Shown here one piece after another: positions 43,120 through 55,561 of a stretch of DNA of 64,000 bases. The stretch lies in assembly GCA_054600435.1 (NCBI GenBank), contig BAAIJX010000009.1:434001-498000 (forward strand), written 5' to 3'. Numbering within the stretch: the first letter of the stretch is position 1; every line of letters begins with the position of its first letter. The notes beneath the pieces were generated by a model. The model was not told the origin of the DNA. It was given only the letters and a program-made list of their open reading frames with translations, and did no database searches. The DNA comes from Neophaeotheca triangularis (taxonomy: Eukaryota). Position numbers and translations under genes: made by a program.

Positions 43120-46100
43120 ATGGCCGGCAAAAAGAAGAAGCCCGCCGCAAACCCGGCAAGGGGGTTCGCCACGACATCCACTGTCTCCAAGACCAAGACA
43201 GAGAGCAAGCCATCGGAAACAGAGAGCACAGATGCATCAGGCAGGGTTTCGCCTACAACAGCGCCCACATCCAACGGCTCGCCGACTCAAGAGCCTGGCG
43301 CCAATGGCATCCTGAATGGAAAACGAGAGCTTCACGAACTCACCCCAGCCGAGCTCGAAGAGCAGCTCGAAACTTCAGAGCTCCAACAATTCATAGAGCA
43401 ATATGGTCCCAAGGCCAAGAAGGAATCTTTGCGGCAAGTCTCGAGGCTTCAAACAGACAGACGACTGCTTCGTGGCCAAGCGGACTACCTCTCCGTTAAA
43501 TCGTGGCTGCCAGATGAGCTCATGCAGCAAATTCTTGACTACGCGGCCGCCGACACCGAAGCCGAAAGCTCGAATGGTATGCCCAAGAAGGTAAGGTTAT
43601 CTTTAAACGATGATCTGCTATCCAAGGTCTGGCAGCTACGCACAAGTCTCCTTAATCTTGAGTTTCCACCTGCTCGTGCGAATGAAGTGATTGTTTACTT
43701 GATCACCCATCCACCAAATGAAGAGGCCGGTAGCATTTGGGGCTTGGCGGAAGCTCTTGAATGGCTTACACTGCACTGTGAGCGGGATGAACTGTCTGAT
43801 TATGACCATCAAAAGTCAAAGGCTGTTTCAGAGGTCATGGAAGATGGCGCAACAGATGGTGGCAGCGGTGCGGCAGAAGACACCAAAGATGCGTGGAAGA
43901 AAAAAGAATCACTCGAACAAAAAGGAACGGCCGCGCCAAACATAACATCGCAGGATGATGGCATCGACGTGAGCGACTTGGAGAGCGACCTGGAACCGGA
44001 CGAACTGATGTCTGTGTATCTCCAATCCAAGGCAAAACTCTACGAGCTGGATCCTTCAGCTGAGCCGAAAGGGCCTACGAAGAAGAAGCAGACCAAAAAA
44101 CCAACAGCCTCGAACAAGCCTGTGGGTACCGGCCAGCGCAAGTTACACCAAAAGCTCGAGAGAATAGAGTCGGATGTCCTTTTCGACCAACGTGAGGCCG
44201 ATGCACGATGGTCTGAGCAGAGAGTGGATTTGATGCGCGATACTGCCGAACGCAGAAGATTTCAACTGCAAAGCGAGGACAAGCCACAGAAGCAAACCCA
44301 GGATGCTACGCCAATCGAGGGAAACGGTGCCTCTGGCCATGTCAGTAACGAGGCTGAACGAATGGGTCAAGAACTTCTCCAAGAGACTGAAGAGAACGAA
44401 GACGATGACGACATGCTCGGTGGCATGTTCAATTCTTTGCCTGGAGTGAACGACGGTCCATCTTCAAATAGCACGGATACTGTAGCCAGTGACAGCGTTA
44501 CTGTCAGGGAATTTGGGCGAATGACAGGCATGCATCCGAAGCGAGTACTGGAGGAGGCATGCCGGGCGCGAGACAGCAAGTGCACACTGGTATACAAGCA
44601 TGTCTCTCCGACAACGTACTCGAGCAGACACTCAATCAAAATCCAATGGACCAAGGAGCAAGAAGTTGTCACGGCCGAATACTTACCCTCGGTAGCGATA
44701 CACTCAACACCCAAAATAACCACAGTCACGATGCTGCAGATTGCGACACCCGACCCGAGCCAGAGCGAGGCGTACGTTGCGACTGCGGCTTTGCACATCT
44801 TCTTTTCCGGCTCGGCGAAAGAGGAAAAATCGCATTTGCGATTGCCGCCTGCGTTCCGAGACCTCTGGGACGAATTCAGCCATTCCAAGCGCGAAAAGCT
44901 GGATACCGCAGATCGCGAGACTGTCAAAGAACTGAGGAAAATGGTCGAGGGCAACTTACCCAACACCGACGAAGACGAGGATGAAGAGATCATTTTCAGT
45001 GCAGGGCTCCGTCGGCGCCATGAGGCCAGCAGACCTTCCACTCCAATGATTGGACAGCAGGAGGCCAGGCCTTCCAACGAGCCATCTCAGCAACTCCAAG
45101 AGATGTGGCAACGAAAGGCCTCTACGAATCCATACCAGCGCATGCTCGAAGCACGCCAGCTGCTCCCAATGTTTGCTTTCCGAGACGCTGCATTGGACGC
45201 TATATCCAAGAATCCCGTTACCATTCTTTGTGGTGAGACCGGTTGCGGAAAGAGTACCCAGCTACCTGCCTTCATCCTCGAACATGAATTAGCGTCTGGA
45301 CGTCATTGCAAAGTGTACTGCACGGAACCTCGACGTATTTCAGCAATCTCGTTGGCTACAAGAGTGAGCGAAGAGATGGGTGAACGCAAGGGCGATGTTG
45401 GTACTTCGCGGTCTTTGATCGGCTACTCTATTCGCCTGGAGTCAAACACAACTGCTCAAACCCGGCTGGTTTACGCTACTGTGGGTATCGTTCTCCGCAT
45501 GCTGGAGAGCAAGGATGGCTTAAATGAGGTTACGCACCTTGTGTTGGACGAAGTGCACGAGCGCAGCATAGACACCGATTTTTTGCTCATCGTACTACGA
45601 TCGCTCATGCTACGCCGACCGGACCTGAAGGTTGTCTTGATGAGTGCTACTGTCGATGCCCAAAAATTCTCGGAGTACCTAGACGGCGCGCCTGTCATTA
45701 ACGTTCCTGGACGAACTTTCCCCGTGCAGGCGAAGTTCCTGGAAGATGCTATCGAGCTTACTGGACATACCAACGAAGACGCTTCAGCTAAGCCAGCAGA
45801 TGAGGACGATGACGCCAATGAAGGCGATGCAAAGTCCAGCTCCGAGGGACAACTCGCTAACTACAGCAAAAAGACTGTGAAGACTTTGGCAGCCTACGAC
45901 GAGTACAGGATAGATTATAGCCTAATCGTCAAGTTACTCGAGAAGGTCGCTTATTCCCCAGAGTACAACAAATACAGCAAAGCTATCTTGATCTTCCTGC
46001 CGGGTATCGCTGAGATTCGCCAGCTGAACGACATGCTCGGGGGTCATCGGTCCTTCGGGAAAGACTGGCGTGTACACCCTCTGCATTCGAGCTTCTCGAG

Positions 46101-47520
46101 CGAAGACCAGCAAGCAGCCTTCGAGGTGCCTCCTCAGGGTGTGCGCAAAGTCGTTCTCGCCACGAATATCGCCGAAACTGGTATTACCATTCCTGACGTG
46201 ACGTGTGTTATCGACACTGGCAAGCACAAGGAGATGCGCTTTGATGAGCGTCGTCAGATGTCGCGTCTCATTCAGTCGTTCATCGCTCGCGCCAACGCCA
46301 AGCAAAGGCGAGGCCGTGCTGGTCGTGTTCAAGAAGGCATTTGCTTCCACTTGTTCACAAAGTACCGCCACGACCAAATGATGGTAGAGCAGCAGACGCC
46401 AGAAATGTTGCGCCTGTCCCTCCAAGATCTGGTCATGAGGGTCAAAATTTGCAAACTTGGCAATGTCGAGGAAGCGCTGTCGCAAGCACTTGATCCGCCT
46501 TCCAGCAAAAACGTGCACAGGGCAATCGAAGCACTAATCGACGTCGGAGCCCTGACCTCAAACGAAGAACTCACGCCTCTGGGCCAGCAACTCGCCAAAT
46601 TGCCCTTAGACGCCCAGCTAGGCAAGCTCGTCCTCTTCGGCAGCATCTTCGGCTGCCTTGACTTCACCCTCACCGTCGCTGCCATGCTGTCTTCCAAGTC
46701 TCCTTTCCTTAGCCCCATGCACGCGAAAAAACAAGCCGACAGCGTGCGCCTGGGCTTCAAACGCGGCGACTCCGACCTTCTCACCGCTTTCAACGCCTAC
46801 ACCACGTGGCGCAAAATATGCACCACCACCGGCATGTCCGAATACACTTTCTGCCAGAAAAACTTCCTCTCACCCCAAAACCTCGCCAGCATCGAGGAAC
46901 TCAAAGGGCAACTCCTCACCGCCCTCCACGATGCGAACTTCGTAAAACTCAGCCCGACAGACCGGCAAACACTATCCCGCAGCCGACACAACTCGCGCCA
47001 GCGCACCTTCGTCCCTATACCCGCGCCCTACGACCGCTTCAACGAAGACGACAACTTGATAAACTCCGTGACAGCCTGGTCCTTCTATCCCAAAATCCTC
47101 AAAGCCGACGGCAAAGGCTGGCGCAACATCGCCAACAACCAATCCCTAGGCTTGCACCCGACATCTGTGAACAAGACCTCCCTGCCACCCGATGTCCGTT
47201 ACATGTCCTTCTACAGTATCATGCAGTCGTCTTCTCGCTTCACGAATGCGCAGGAGACATCGCCTGTGGCGGATTTCGCTATGGTGTTGTTGGCTGGCGA
47301 AGCGAGTTTTAACTTGTATGCCGGTGTTGTGGTTATTGATGGAAATCGGTTGAGATTTAAGGTTGGGGAGTGGAGGACTTTGATTGTGCTGAAGATTTTG
47401 AGGGCCAAGGTAAGGGAGGTGGTGGCGAGGTTGTTTAAGAGTCCCGGTAGGGAATTGGGTGCGAAGCTTGAGAGGTGGATGGAGGTTTTTGAGAAGCTGT
47501 TTACAGAGCGCTCTGGGTAA
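43120..47520 (+). CDS. DEAH-box RNA helicase, DHX29/DHX57/Ucp12-like
   Basis: GETGCGKST, TEPRRISA, DEVH, MSAT, ATNIAETGITI and QRRGRAGR, then HA2 and OB-fold regions, with a long N-terminal extension. Confidence 0.92.
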   Translation: MAGKKKKPAANPARGFATTSTVSKTKTESKPSETESTDASGRVSPTTAPTSNGSPTQEPGANGILNGKRELHELTPAELEEQLETSELQQFIEQYGPKAKKESLRQVSRLQTDRRLLRGQADYLSVKSWLPDELMQQILDYAAADTEAESSNGMPKKVRLSLNDDLLSKVWQLRTSLLNLEFPPARANEVIVYLITHPPNEEAGSIWGLAEALEWLTLHCERDELSDYDHQKSKAVSEVMEDGATDGGSGAAEDTKDAWKKKESLEQKGTAAPNITSQDDGIDVSDLESDLEPDELMSVYLQSKAKLYELDPSAEPKGPTKKKQTKKPTASNKPVGTGQRKLHQKLERIESDVLFDQREADARWSEQRVDLMRDTAERRRFQLQSEDKPQKQTQDATPIEGNGASGHVSNEAERMGQELLQETEENEDDDDMLGGMFNSLPGVNDGPSSNSTDTVASDSVTVREFGRMTGMHPKRVLEEACRARDSKCTLVYKHVSPTTYSSRHSIKIQWTKEQEVVTAEYLPSVAIHSTPKITTVTMLQIATPDPSQSEAYVATAALHIFFSGSAKEEKSHLRLPPAFRDLWDEFSHSKREKLDTADRETVKELRKMVEGNLPNTDEDEDEEIIFSAGLRRRHEASRPSTPMIGQQEARPSNEPSQQLQEMWQRKASTNPYQRMLEARQLLPMFAFRDAALDAISKNPVTILCGETGCGKSTQLPAFILEHELASGRHCKVYCTEPRRISAISLATRVSEEMGERKGDVGTSRSLIGYSIRLESNTTAQTRLVYATVGIVLRMLESKDGLNEVTHLVLDEVHERSIDTDFLLIVLRSLMLRRPDLKVVLMSATVDAQKFSEYLDGAPVINVPGRTFPVQAKFLEDAIELTGHTNEDASAKPADEDDDANEGDAKSSSEGQLANYSKKTVKTLAAYDEYRIDYSLIVKLLEKVAYSPEYNKYSKAILIFLPGIAEIRQLNDMLGGHRSFGKDWRVHPLHSSFSSEDQQAAFEVPPQGVRKVVLATNIAETGITIPDVTCVIDTGKHKEMRFDERRQMSRLIQSFIARANAKQRRGRAGRVQEGICFHLFTKYRHDQMMVEQQTPEMLRLSLQDLVMRVKICKLGNVEEALSQALDPPSSKNVHRAIEALIDVGALTSNEELTPLGQQLAKLPLDAQLGKLVLFGSIFGCLDFTLTVAAMLSSKSPFLSPMHAKKQADSVRLGFKRGDSDLLTAFNAYTTWRKICTTTGMSEYTFCQKNFLSPQNLASIEELKGQLLTALHDANFVKLSPTDRQTLSRSRHNSRQRTFVPIPAPYDRFNEDDNLINSVTAWSFYPKILKADGKGWRNIANNQSLGLHPTSVNKTSLPPDVRYMSFYSIMQSSSRFTNAQETSPVADFAMVLLAGEASFNLYAGVVVIDGNRLRFKVGEWRTLIVLKILRAKVREVVARLFKSPGRELGAKLERWMEVFEKLFTERSG

Positions 47521-47895
47521 AGGGTTGGAGAAATGGGCTTGGGTAGGATGCTGGTTATGAGGTCAGTACGAGTTTAACGGGGACATGAGTGAAGGTATGG
47601 TTCGTCGGTAGAGAGTTAGGCCCTGCACAAGGTGAACAAAGACTGGACTGCATACTGATGGCAACAGGAGTGATCTAGTTGAAATGACAGCAGACACCCA
47701 AACTATTGGCATGAGGTGTAATCTCTTCTCTCAATTCTTTCGTAAAACTCTCCCATCCCCGCAATCGGCAGGAGCCACTCTCAAAGCTGGTAACGTTATA
47801 CTGTACATGCATTATCTAGTGGACAAGCGCTCCTTCAAACGCCGACCCATGCCGGTCTGCTTAGCACTAGCAAAGGCGAAAGGACAGTCAACCTC

Positions 47896-48913
47896 TCATA
47901 GAGATGTGAGGTAGTCCTCGATCTCCGACGGGCTGAGCTTTCTGAAACGCGGCCCTTGAGCACCTTCCACCCCTTCGTAGCCGAGAAGGTCGTCCGCCGG
48001 TGGGCCAACGATGCCTGTAAGAAGTGTTAGCGGGGCAATCGAACTGTAGGTATGCCACGACAGTGCACTCACCAATCTCTACGGTGTCCCCATTCATCTC
48101 CCCCTCAATCGTCTCCTTCAGCGTCAACAGCGCAATGTGCACGGCATCCTCCAGCTCCAAACCCTCAGTATACCTCTTCTCCAAAAATGTCTTGGCGCTC
48201 GTTGCACTCTTGCCAATCGCCGTAGCCTTCCAAGGGAAATAACTCCCGGAAGGATCAACCTGGTACAAACTTGGCCCGCCCTTGCGAATACCGCCACTCT
48301 TGCCCTTCTTCTTCTCCCTCTCCGCCTCCAACTCCGTCTCATCACCCGCATCCTTTGCTTCGTTCTCCGGCTCGATCCCATCGTCCCATCCCGCTATCAA
48401 CAAACTGACACCATAGGGCCTCACACCTCCGCTCTGCGTGGCCTCCTGCATAATGCGCGCCACATCCTGCACCAGGATGCGCGTGGGCGGGTATTCGTTG
48501 TAGATGCGCTTGTAAGCCGTGTGCGAGGTTTTGCGGGCTTTGTCGACGAGGACGCGGTAGTCCGGGCCCATGCCGCTGTAGACCATGCCGATGTTGGGGG
48601 TGACGAGGGAGACTTTGCTGGAGGAAGAGGCGTCGATGAGGGGCGTGCTGGATTTTTTCTCCGTCGCTAGCACGATTCCGTTGGCGGCTTTGATGCCGAG
48701 GGAAGTTACGCCTTGGTTTACTGCGTTTAGGGCATACTCTGGGGGAGGGTCAGTAAGGGGAGTGTTGGGATGGTTGGCTGGGGGTTGCGGTACCTATTTG
48801 TACCAGCTTTCCGCTGTGTTTCCGTTAGCATTTGTTTCCTTTGTTTTATTTGTTCATTCGTGGCCTTACCTGGGCGAGAAGGTGGTGAGAGAGAAGGAGT
48901 ATCTATCGGCCAT
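47896..48913 (-). CDS. PRE8: 20S proteasome subunit alpha-2; introns 48868..48814, 48793..48739 and 48072..48015
   Basis: The spliced product reads [28 protein letters not shown]...[11 protein letters not shown]...[14 protein letters not shown]...EIEDYLTSL. Confidence 0.95.
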
Positions 48914-49468
48914 GATGGGCCTGTGGTGGCGAGTGAGGTGCTTGCTGTGCTTTGGGAGGGACAGTCCGTATCAGGAAGAGATGTCGTCGCCGGCTACAGG
49001 CAAGGCAGAAGGTTATGAAGTGTAGTTAGTTGGTTGGATGAGTGTTTGAATTGATGGAGCTCTATTGCTACCAACGTAGCTCTCCTCCGTAAGTGGAAGC
49101 TCAGGCAACGCGGATACGCGAAGCTGTCATGTCTTGGCAATTATTCATGCCTGAGAAGTGAGGTTGAAGAAACAGGAAGCGGCGTCTCCCGTCCCTTGTC
49201 GCCGAGGTCGAGGCCAGATTGCTCGTTCCTTTTCCCGTCCACGTCCCGACCTCACGTCCTGCCCTGCCCTGCCCTGCATCCTATCACCGCCCAGAACCTT
49301 CGGGCGCCTTGGTGTCGTCTGACTACCACAATGCGAGCCTACCATCATCTACCTTGCTTTCTGCTCAACACCTACGACGCAGGCTGAACCTTCCTGGCTA
49401 ATTACACCTGATCATACCTAATCAAAATCTCTTCACGTCTCTCCCCAGCAGCGGTAAGCCGGTCCATC

Positions 49469-50470
49469 ATGGCTGACGCCTGGACATCCGGAGCTCAATG
49501 GCAGTTCCCTTCGGACCTGCCAGGCAGCTTCCACAATGGCCTCGACGAAGCTGGCGAGCAGATCAGACGAGAAGCCGCCGCATCAGAACAGCGATCCAAC
49601 CCTGCCTCCCCATCTGACCCCCCAACAACACCACCACCCAACCCTACACAAGAACAAGAACAAGAACAACCAAACGCCCAACCAAAGAAGAAAACTCGCC
49701 ACTACCCACCCCGCCAATGCCGCATCTGCCTCGACACCGTCCTCCCAACTTTCCATCCCATCGAAGAGAACAGCGAACCCCGCGTAACCTACGACTCCCC
49801 CGAAGGCGGGCGCCTTCTCCGACCTTGCAAATGCAAAGGCTCGCAAAAATACGTGCACGCCGACTGCCTCAACGCGTGGCGGAAAGCAGACCCTCGACAA
49901 AAGCGCAACTACTGGCAATGCCCGACTTGTAGCTACAACTACCGTCTCAATCGCCTGACGTGGAGTAGCCGCATTAGTAGCACGGCGGCGCAGATTGCTC
50001 TCACGGTTTTGATCTTCGTAACGAGCATGTTTATCCTAGGCTTCGTCGCCGATCCGATTATCAATCTGTATCTCGATCCTGTCTCCACCATCGCCACTGC
50101 TGGTGGACCCACGGGGAGTTTCATCTTCGAAGACGAGGCGCCGAGCTGGGGTGAGCACTTCATCAAAGGGCTAGCGAGCCTGGGCCTGCTAGGGTTCGCG
50201 AAGGTGTTGATGGGTCTGAGTCCCTGGCATTGGTTCAACATGAGGGGCGGTGGGTTCATGGGCGGCGGAGGCATAGGCAGGAGTGCTGTAGGCGGGACGG
50301 GCAGAGGTAGGATCCGGGAGCTGAGCTGGATCACCATCCTCGTCGGCATTTGCGCTTTCCTCTGGGCAGTGTGGAAAGGCGTGCGAGCGTGGTCTAGGAA
50401 GACGCTTGAAAGCGCCGGCGACAAGGTCATGGACGTCCATGACGAGGAAGAGGATGACGACGACGACTAA
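49469..50470 (+). CDS. RING-CH (RINGv) membrane protein, putative E3 ligase
   Basis: CRIC...PCKCKGSQKYVHADCL..W...CPTC followed by about three hydrophobic segments. Confidence 0.88.
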   Translation: MADAWTSGAQWQFPSDLPGSFHNGLDEAGEQIRREAAASEQRSNPASPSDPPTTPPPNPTQEQEQEQPNAQPKKKTRHYPPRQCRICLDTVLPTFHPIEENSEPRVTYDSPEGGRLLRPCKCKGSQKYVHADCLNAWRKADPRQKRNYWQCPTCSYNYRLNRLTWSSRISSTAAQIALTVLIFVTSMFILGFVADPIINLYLDPVSTIATAGGPTGSFIFEDEAPSWGEHFIKGLASLGLLGFAKVLMGLSPWHWFNMRGGGFMGGGGIGRSAVGGTGRGRIRELSWITILVGICAFLWAVWKGVRAWSRKTLESAGDKVMDVHDEEEDDDDD

Positions 50471-51440
50471 GTTTTACGAAATCACGTGTACTTGCTGACG
50501 AACACTGCCACCCATTCCGTTCCACACTACTACCCCCTTTTTTTTGCCCCCTCACCGTACTTCCCGCATGTCTTAAGTTGGCTCAGCCAGTCCCCCGGAC
50601 TCCCCAATGGCGAGGCAATCAGTCAGATTGCGGACATCAAACCACCCTTTTCGTCTCTTGCCTCTTTGCGCCGTCATGGCGCGAGAGCCTTTTCAAGAGC
50701 GGGGGTGCTTAATCACGTCTCGACTATACGCCATCTCGACCGAGCCCTGCATTTAGGGCGGTTTCCACGGTCGGGGTGATAATGGTGGGGGTGATACACA
50801 CCTTGCTAGAGTTGTTGTTGATGGTGCGGTTTCTTGTCGTCCGTCTCGCGCGAGCGTGCAGCGTCGGTGGTGCCGAGTCTCTTCGTTTTCGTAGCTCTAT
50901 GTACTCAAAATCAATGCTCTCCGAAGTCATCTTTGCTCAACTCGAACGATGCGATTTGAAGTCTCGCGCTTTTTTATAGGTCGGTCCAGGTTCTGTCAAT
51001 GCCGGCAAGTACTGAAACTCAGCTGTGGCATCTGAGCTTCAATGGCCCCAAGTTTTGTGCTTCTCACGAGTCACCTTCGTGCCCGTAGTCGACTCCCTGC
51101 ACACCCTAAAATCCTTGACGAGAATCCTCTATTTCTGGGACTCGGACTCGGACTCGAAGAGAACTGAAATGGTTGCTCGTCGACGTCGTTCTCGACGATC
51201 TTAACAAAACAGCCATCAACTGTCAACAATCCATGGCAATCACACATGATGATAATCACCAAGTCTCCAAAACGAAGCTCAGTAAAGTTGGATGGCGGAC
51301 ACGAGCGATTGGTATTGGTATTGCTAGAGAGAAAAGAAAACACAAAGAGCCCTCCGCGGCCCCTTCGACTATAAGCAAACAAAAGCATATTTCCCCCTTT
51401 TAGACAAAAAACTAAAAAGTCCTCCCTCAATCTATCCCAC

Positions 51441-53864
51441 CTACTTCTTCTCGCCATCGACAGGCACCCTATACCCATCGCTGCCGCTCGAGCGGTCCTC
51501 GTCACCCATCTCGACACCAGTATGGACGCGGATGTCCTCGAGGCCGCAGAGCACCTGGGGCGCGTAGGAGCGGTCGCCCTCCATGCGGCGTTCCGGCGGG
51601 ACGAGCCAGGCCAGAGTGTCGGGCGCGAAGAAGCCGATGAGGGCGCAGAAGACGCCCATGTAACCGCAGATGAAGCCGAAGATGTAGAGCGGGTCGTTTT
51701 GCACGTCTTGGAACGAGCTGACGTGGAAGGAGTAGACGATGATGAGCACGGGTCCCGTGAAGTAGCGGAGGATGACGGGCCAGAATACCGGGAGTTTCCA
51801 GTTGCCGCTGCCTGGTGGCGCGACGCTGACGTTCAAGTCGCGGCGGAGTTGGTTGCCCTGCGGATTATTGTCAGTTGTTTGTTGCGAGGCGACGTCTTTG
51901 GTTCGTGCTTGGAACTTACCGAGTAGGCACCCATCCACCAGAACTTGGCCAAGTAGGCATTTCTGCCCCAGAAGGACGGCGCGGGCGAGTCAGGCGTCTT
52001 GGCAATGAAGAGTGAGGCCAAGGTGAAGATGATGTAGATGCTGAAAGCGGTGACGGCGCCAGCCCAGGGCTCGACAGTGTGCGCAACCGTGAGGCCGATA
52101 ACGTGGGCACCAAGGTACCCGAAAAGATTGCAGATAAACGCCGGCGCGCCGACTTGGCCGATAACATCGCGGTGGCGGTAGACGACTGTTGCGGACATAC
52201 ACTCGCTCCATACAACCCACGGAAGAAGAACGTTGTTGTTCGCCTGAAAGATGTCAGTGTTTGTTGCTAGCAGTCATCTAGTCCCCAACGAGAAAAACTT
52301 ACCACATCGATGCCGTCGAGTAGATAGAAGCCAAATTGCGTCGTGTAGATCAGTGAGATGAGGAAGCACACCACGCAAACCAGCGAGGACCAGAAGATGC
52401 GCGGATACCTCTTGGTGAAGGGAGCGTCACAGATAGTGGTGACAGCGACGTCCATCATGGCAAAAGAAGAGCTTAGCCCTAGGAGGAAGAGGGTGAGGAA
52501 GAACAAAACCTGCTCTAGATTAGCATACGCTCGTACGTAACTGAGCATAGTCGCATTTCGTGGATTAGACTTACGCCCCAAACTTGAGATCCAGGCATTT
52601 CCGAGATGGCGGCCGGGAAGGTCAGGAAACCCAAACTGAACGACCCAATTTGGCCCTCGGACTCGGGCGTCATGCCGAGGTAGCCCACGACACCGAAGAC
52701 GGCAAAGGCAGCCATTGTCTCGAATGCAGCGTTACTGCAGCAGATGATGATGGCGTCGGCTACGGCGTTGGCTTGCGGGGAGTTGTACGAGGCATATGCC
52801 ATGAAGTAACCGAAACTGTGGCCAAGGTCAGCTACGGGACCGGGACATCTTGACGCACGCTGGGGACGTTGTTCCACTTACCCAACACCCGTGCTGTAGA
52901 AGACCTGTGCAGTGGCGTCCTGCCAGATCTTGGCCTGCGATAGTTGGTCACCATTGAACTCGCACCAGAAGAGGCAGATGCCGCGCCGTGCGTTGGGCAA
53001 AGAGACACCACGCCCGATGAGCACAATTAACATGACGATCGGGAATCCCATTGTGAAGTACACGACCTTTCCGGTGGTGGCGATACCCTTGTACAGACAG
53101 AGCCAGACGCAGAACCAGGCGAAGAATGTCCAGCCTGCCAATTCGGGGACGACTGAGATTCCAGGGTAGACCATGTAGCCATTATCGCCTTCGACGGGAT
53201 CGACCCCGCCGTGGACCATGGCGTAGAAATTATCAGTGTCACCCTCCCATGGCAGTGGGGTGTGGAAGGAAGCTTCGAAGTATCGGAGCACGTAGGCAAG
53301 CATAGGGATACTGTCGAGAGGTTAGTCGGGGCTTCGTCCGTGTACATTCGTCGATTGGCAACATACTAGTACAGGGCGATCAATAGAGCAACCCAGATCT
53401 GACCGAGACCGGCGCCACGGAGGCGCCTATCAGCGGCATTCCATGCGACGACGGGACCACTGTACATTTCACGTCAGCAGGCGAGAAAGGAAGGCGTTTA
53501 AAACTGCAGTGCGACATACCCTCGAAAAGATTGACCGACGGAAACTTCAAGGATGAGAACAGGAATGGCCAACAGCGTGATAGCCAACAAGTAGGGAATA
53601 AACCATTGCAGACCATTATTATTGAAGACTGCAGGTAGTCCGTCAGCGCTGGATACGACGTGGAGGAACTTGAAACCGAAATGTCGTACCTTGCGAGGGA
53701 TAGCGCAGGAGGTTACCGAAACCCACGGCGCCTCCCATGGAGGCCAACACATAAGAGGTTCGCGAGCCCCATTGATCACGCCCATCCTCTGACTTCTTGT
53801 TGCCTTCGCTGCTGAACAGCGATCTCTTGATGCCTCCGAGAGTGGGCATTGAAAAACGACCCAT
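51441..53864 (-). CDS. Neurotransmitter:sodium symporter (NSS/SNF/SLC6) family transporter, 7 introns
   Basis: RDQWGSR...GGAVGFGNLLRYP, NNGLQWFIPY, LEVSVGQ, GKVVYFT, W.DATAQVFYSTGVGFG...AYASYN and LGFLTFP. All seven GT-AG introns were traced and preserve the frame. Confidence 0.88.
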
Positions 53865-54992
53865 AGTTGCGACGCGTTGCTCGCTGGAGCCGGCAGCGCA
53901 GGTAAAGGTGGTGGAGATGTAGTGGATAAGAGCAGAGCAAAGGCGACCCAAACCCCAAGGTGACGGGCGCAGTGACGGTAGAGGTTTATATGGTAGATTC
54001 GATCCAGATAGGAACGAAGGATGATTTAAAAAGGGAGGGAGGGAATTGTGAGGGGAGGGGTCTGGGGCAGCAGTAGTAGTGAAACGGGGGTCGAGGCCTG
54101 CAGCATAGCCTTGGGCGGATGCGACCAGCAGGCTGGGCACCAACAGGATGGCAGTATACTATCTCTTCGTTTCGCAGAGCGAGAGAGAGGGAGATGGTCG
54201 CGACGTACGCCATGGCCCCAGTGGCCCTGATGGTGGGATTCGAATGCTTGCATTGGAGAGCACGCGGGAACCCACTTTCCCGGGGTCCAATGGAGCAGAG
54301 AGTGCAGGCGGCTGACCCGTCTGGACTCTGTGGCGTTGTTGCCAACACCGTCCAGGTCTTGTGTCTCTTGACAACCCCCCACGACCACGAGTACGGCCCC
54401 CCTTGGTCCTCCAAAGCGGGGATCGCTGGCAGGGTTGTAGACTTGTACAGTACTTAGGTAGTAGTGCTGCGATTCGCGTCAAGCTGCCGCAGTTTCGACA
54501 GCTTCGTACTAGTTGTTCCACGGGGACTCCGCGCTGTCTTTGGGCAACATTTGGCAAAAGAAGAAAGGAAGCTTATCGCGGGTCAATAATACCTCATGTG
54601 GCGCTGGGTGATGAAGCCATGGGAAGGACCAGGCAGCTGGTCGCGTATCGTCTATCTCTTCAAGTAGAAGCCGGCGACATAGTAGTAATCGCAGTGTAAG
54701 AGTTGACTTGGGCTAGATAGGAGGTAGATAGGTGGTTGCAACTAGTCCCCCGAGATTATATGAGATGATTATTAGTATTATTATTGTAAGATAAGACGCA
54801 CTTGCCCGTTGATGTATAGTAGGTATAGTAGTACTAGTACTGTAGAGAATCAGGTGCGCCCCCAGCCTAGATGGCTCGCTTCTGCCGGCCAATGACTTAT
54901 CTGAGACGCGTCTTGGAGTCGCTTGGTATGCTCCTTGGTATGGCCTATTCTGTATGTAGCAGGTACCGCCAAGCATTGTTATCGGATCATCT

Positions 54993-55056
54993 AGCCCATC
55001 CAGCCCATCCCATCCAGCCCATCCCATCCAGCCCATCCAGCCCATTCAGCCCATCC
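54993..55056. repeat. AGCCCATCC-type microsatellite-like repeat
   Basis: Run of cagcccatcc/catcc units. Confidence 0.8.
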
Positions 55057-55561
55057 TGCAAAAACTCTTTTTATGTAGTTACTCCGAGATTCATTCATTT
55101 ACCCAAAACAAGCAATTCTAAGAGTGGCAAAGTATTATCGAAAGCGTCTGCCCGATACTTACAAGTTATCATTACTGCGCTCAAGGGGAATCATCGGGTC
55201 GAGCATCTTGAAAAGTAACTCAAGGGAAAGTACTACTACCCGTCTAGTAGTAAGGTAACTGGAGAATATATGCCAAGACATGATGCCTCAGGCACGGAGG
55301 CTGCGACACAGTCTGCTCTTGTTTGCTACCTTGACCTCCCGACTCTCTGAGCACGGCTACCTCAAGGCTCCTTGAGCATCGCAGCTGTGAATCCTCATCC
55401 TGTCGAGTAATTTGGTAAGTAAGCAAGCAGTCACGGCACCCCGATGCAGTCGACTCTACCTCTCCAACATACTCCAACTAGAAAGACCCACCTGGCGGGC
55501 CGAGGAGCCTAAAATAAAGACGACGGTGCACCACTTTCACTCACTCGCGCGGCGACATCTC

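Noticed and set aside
34530..47408. Long antisense and alternative-frame ORFs over GCN1 and the helicase
   Set aside because: These are expected shadows of GC-rich biased codon usage and have no independent motifs.
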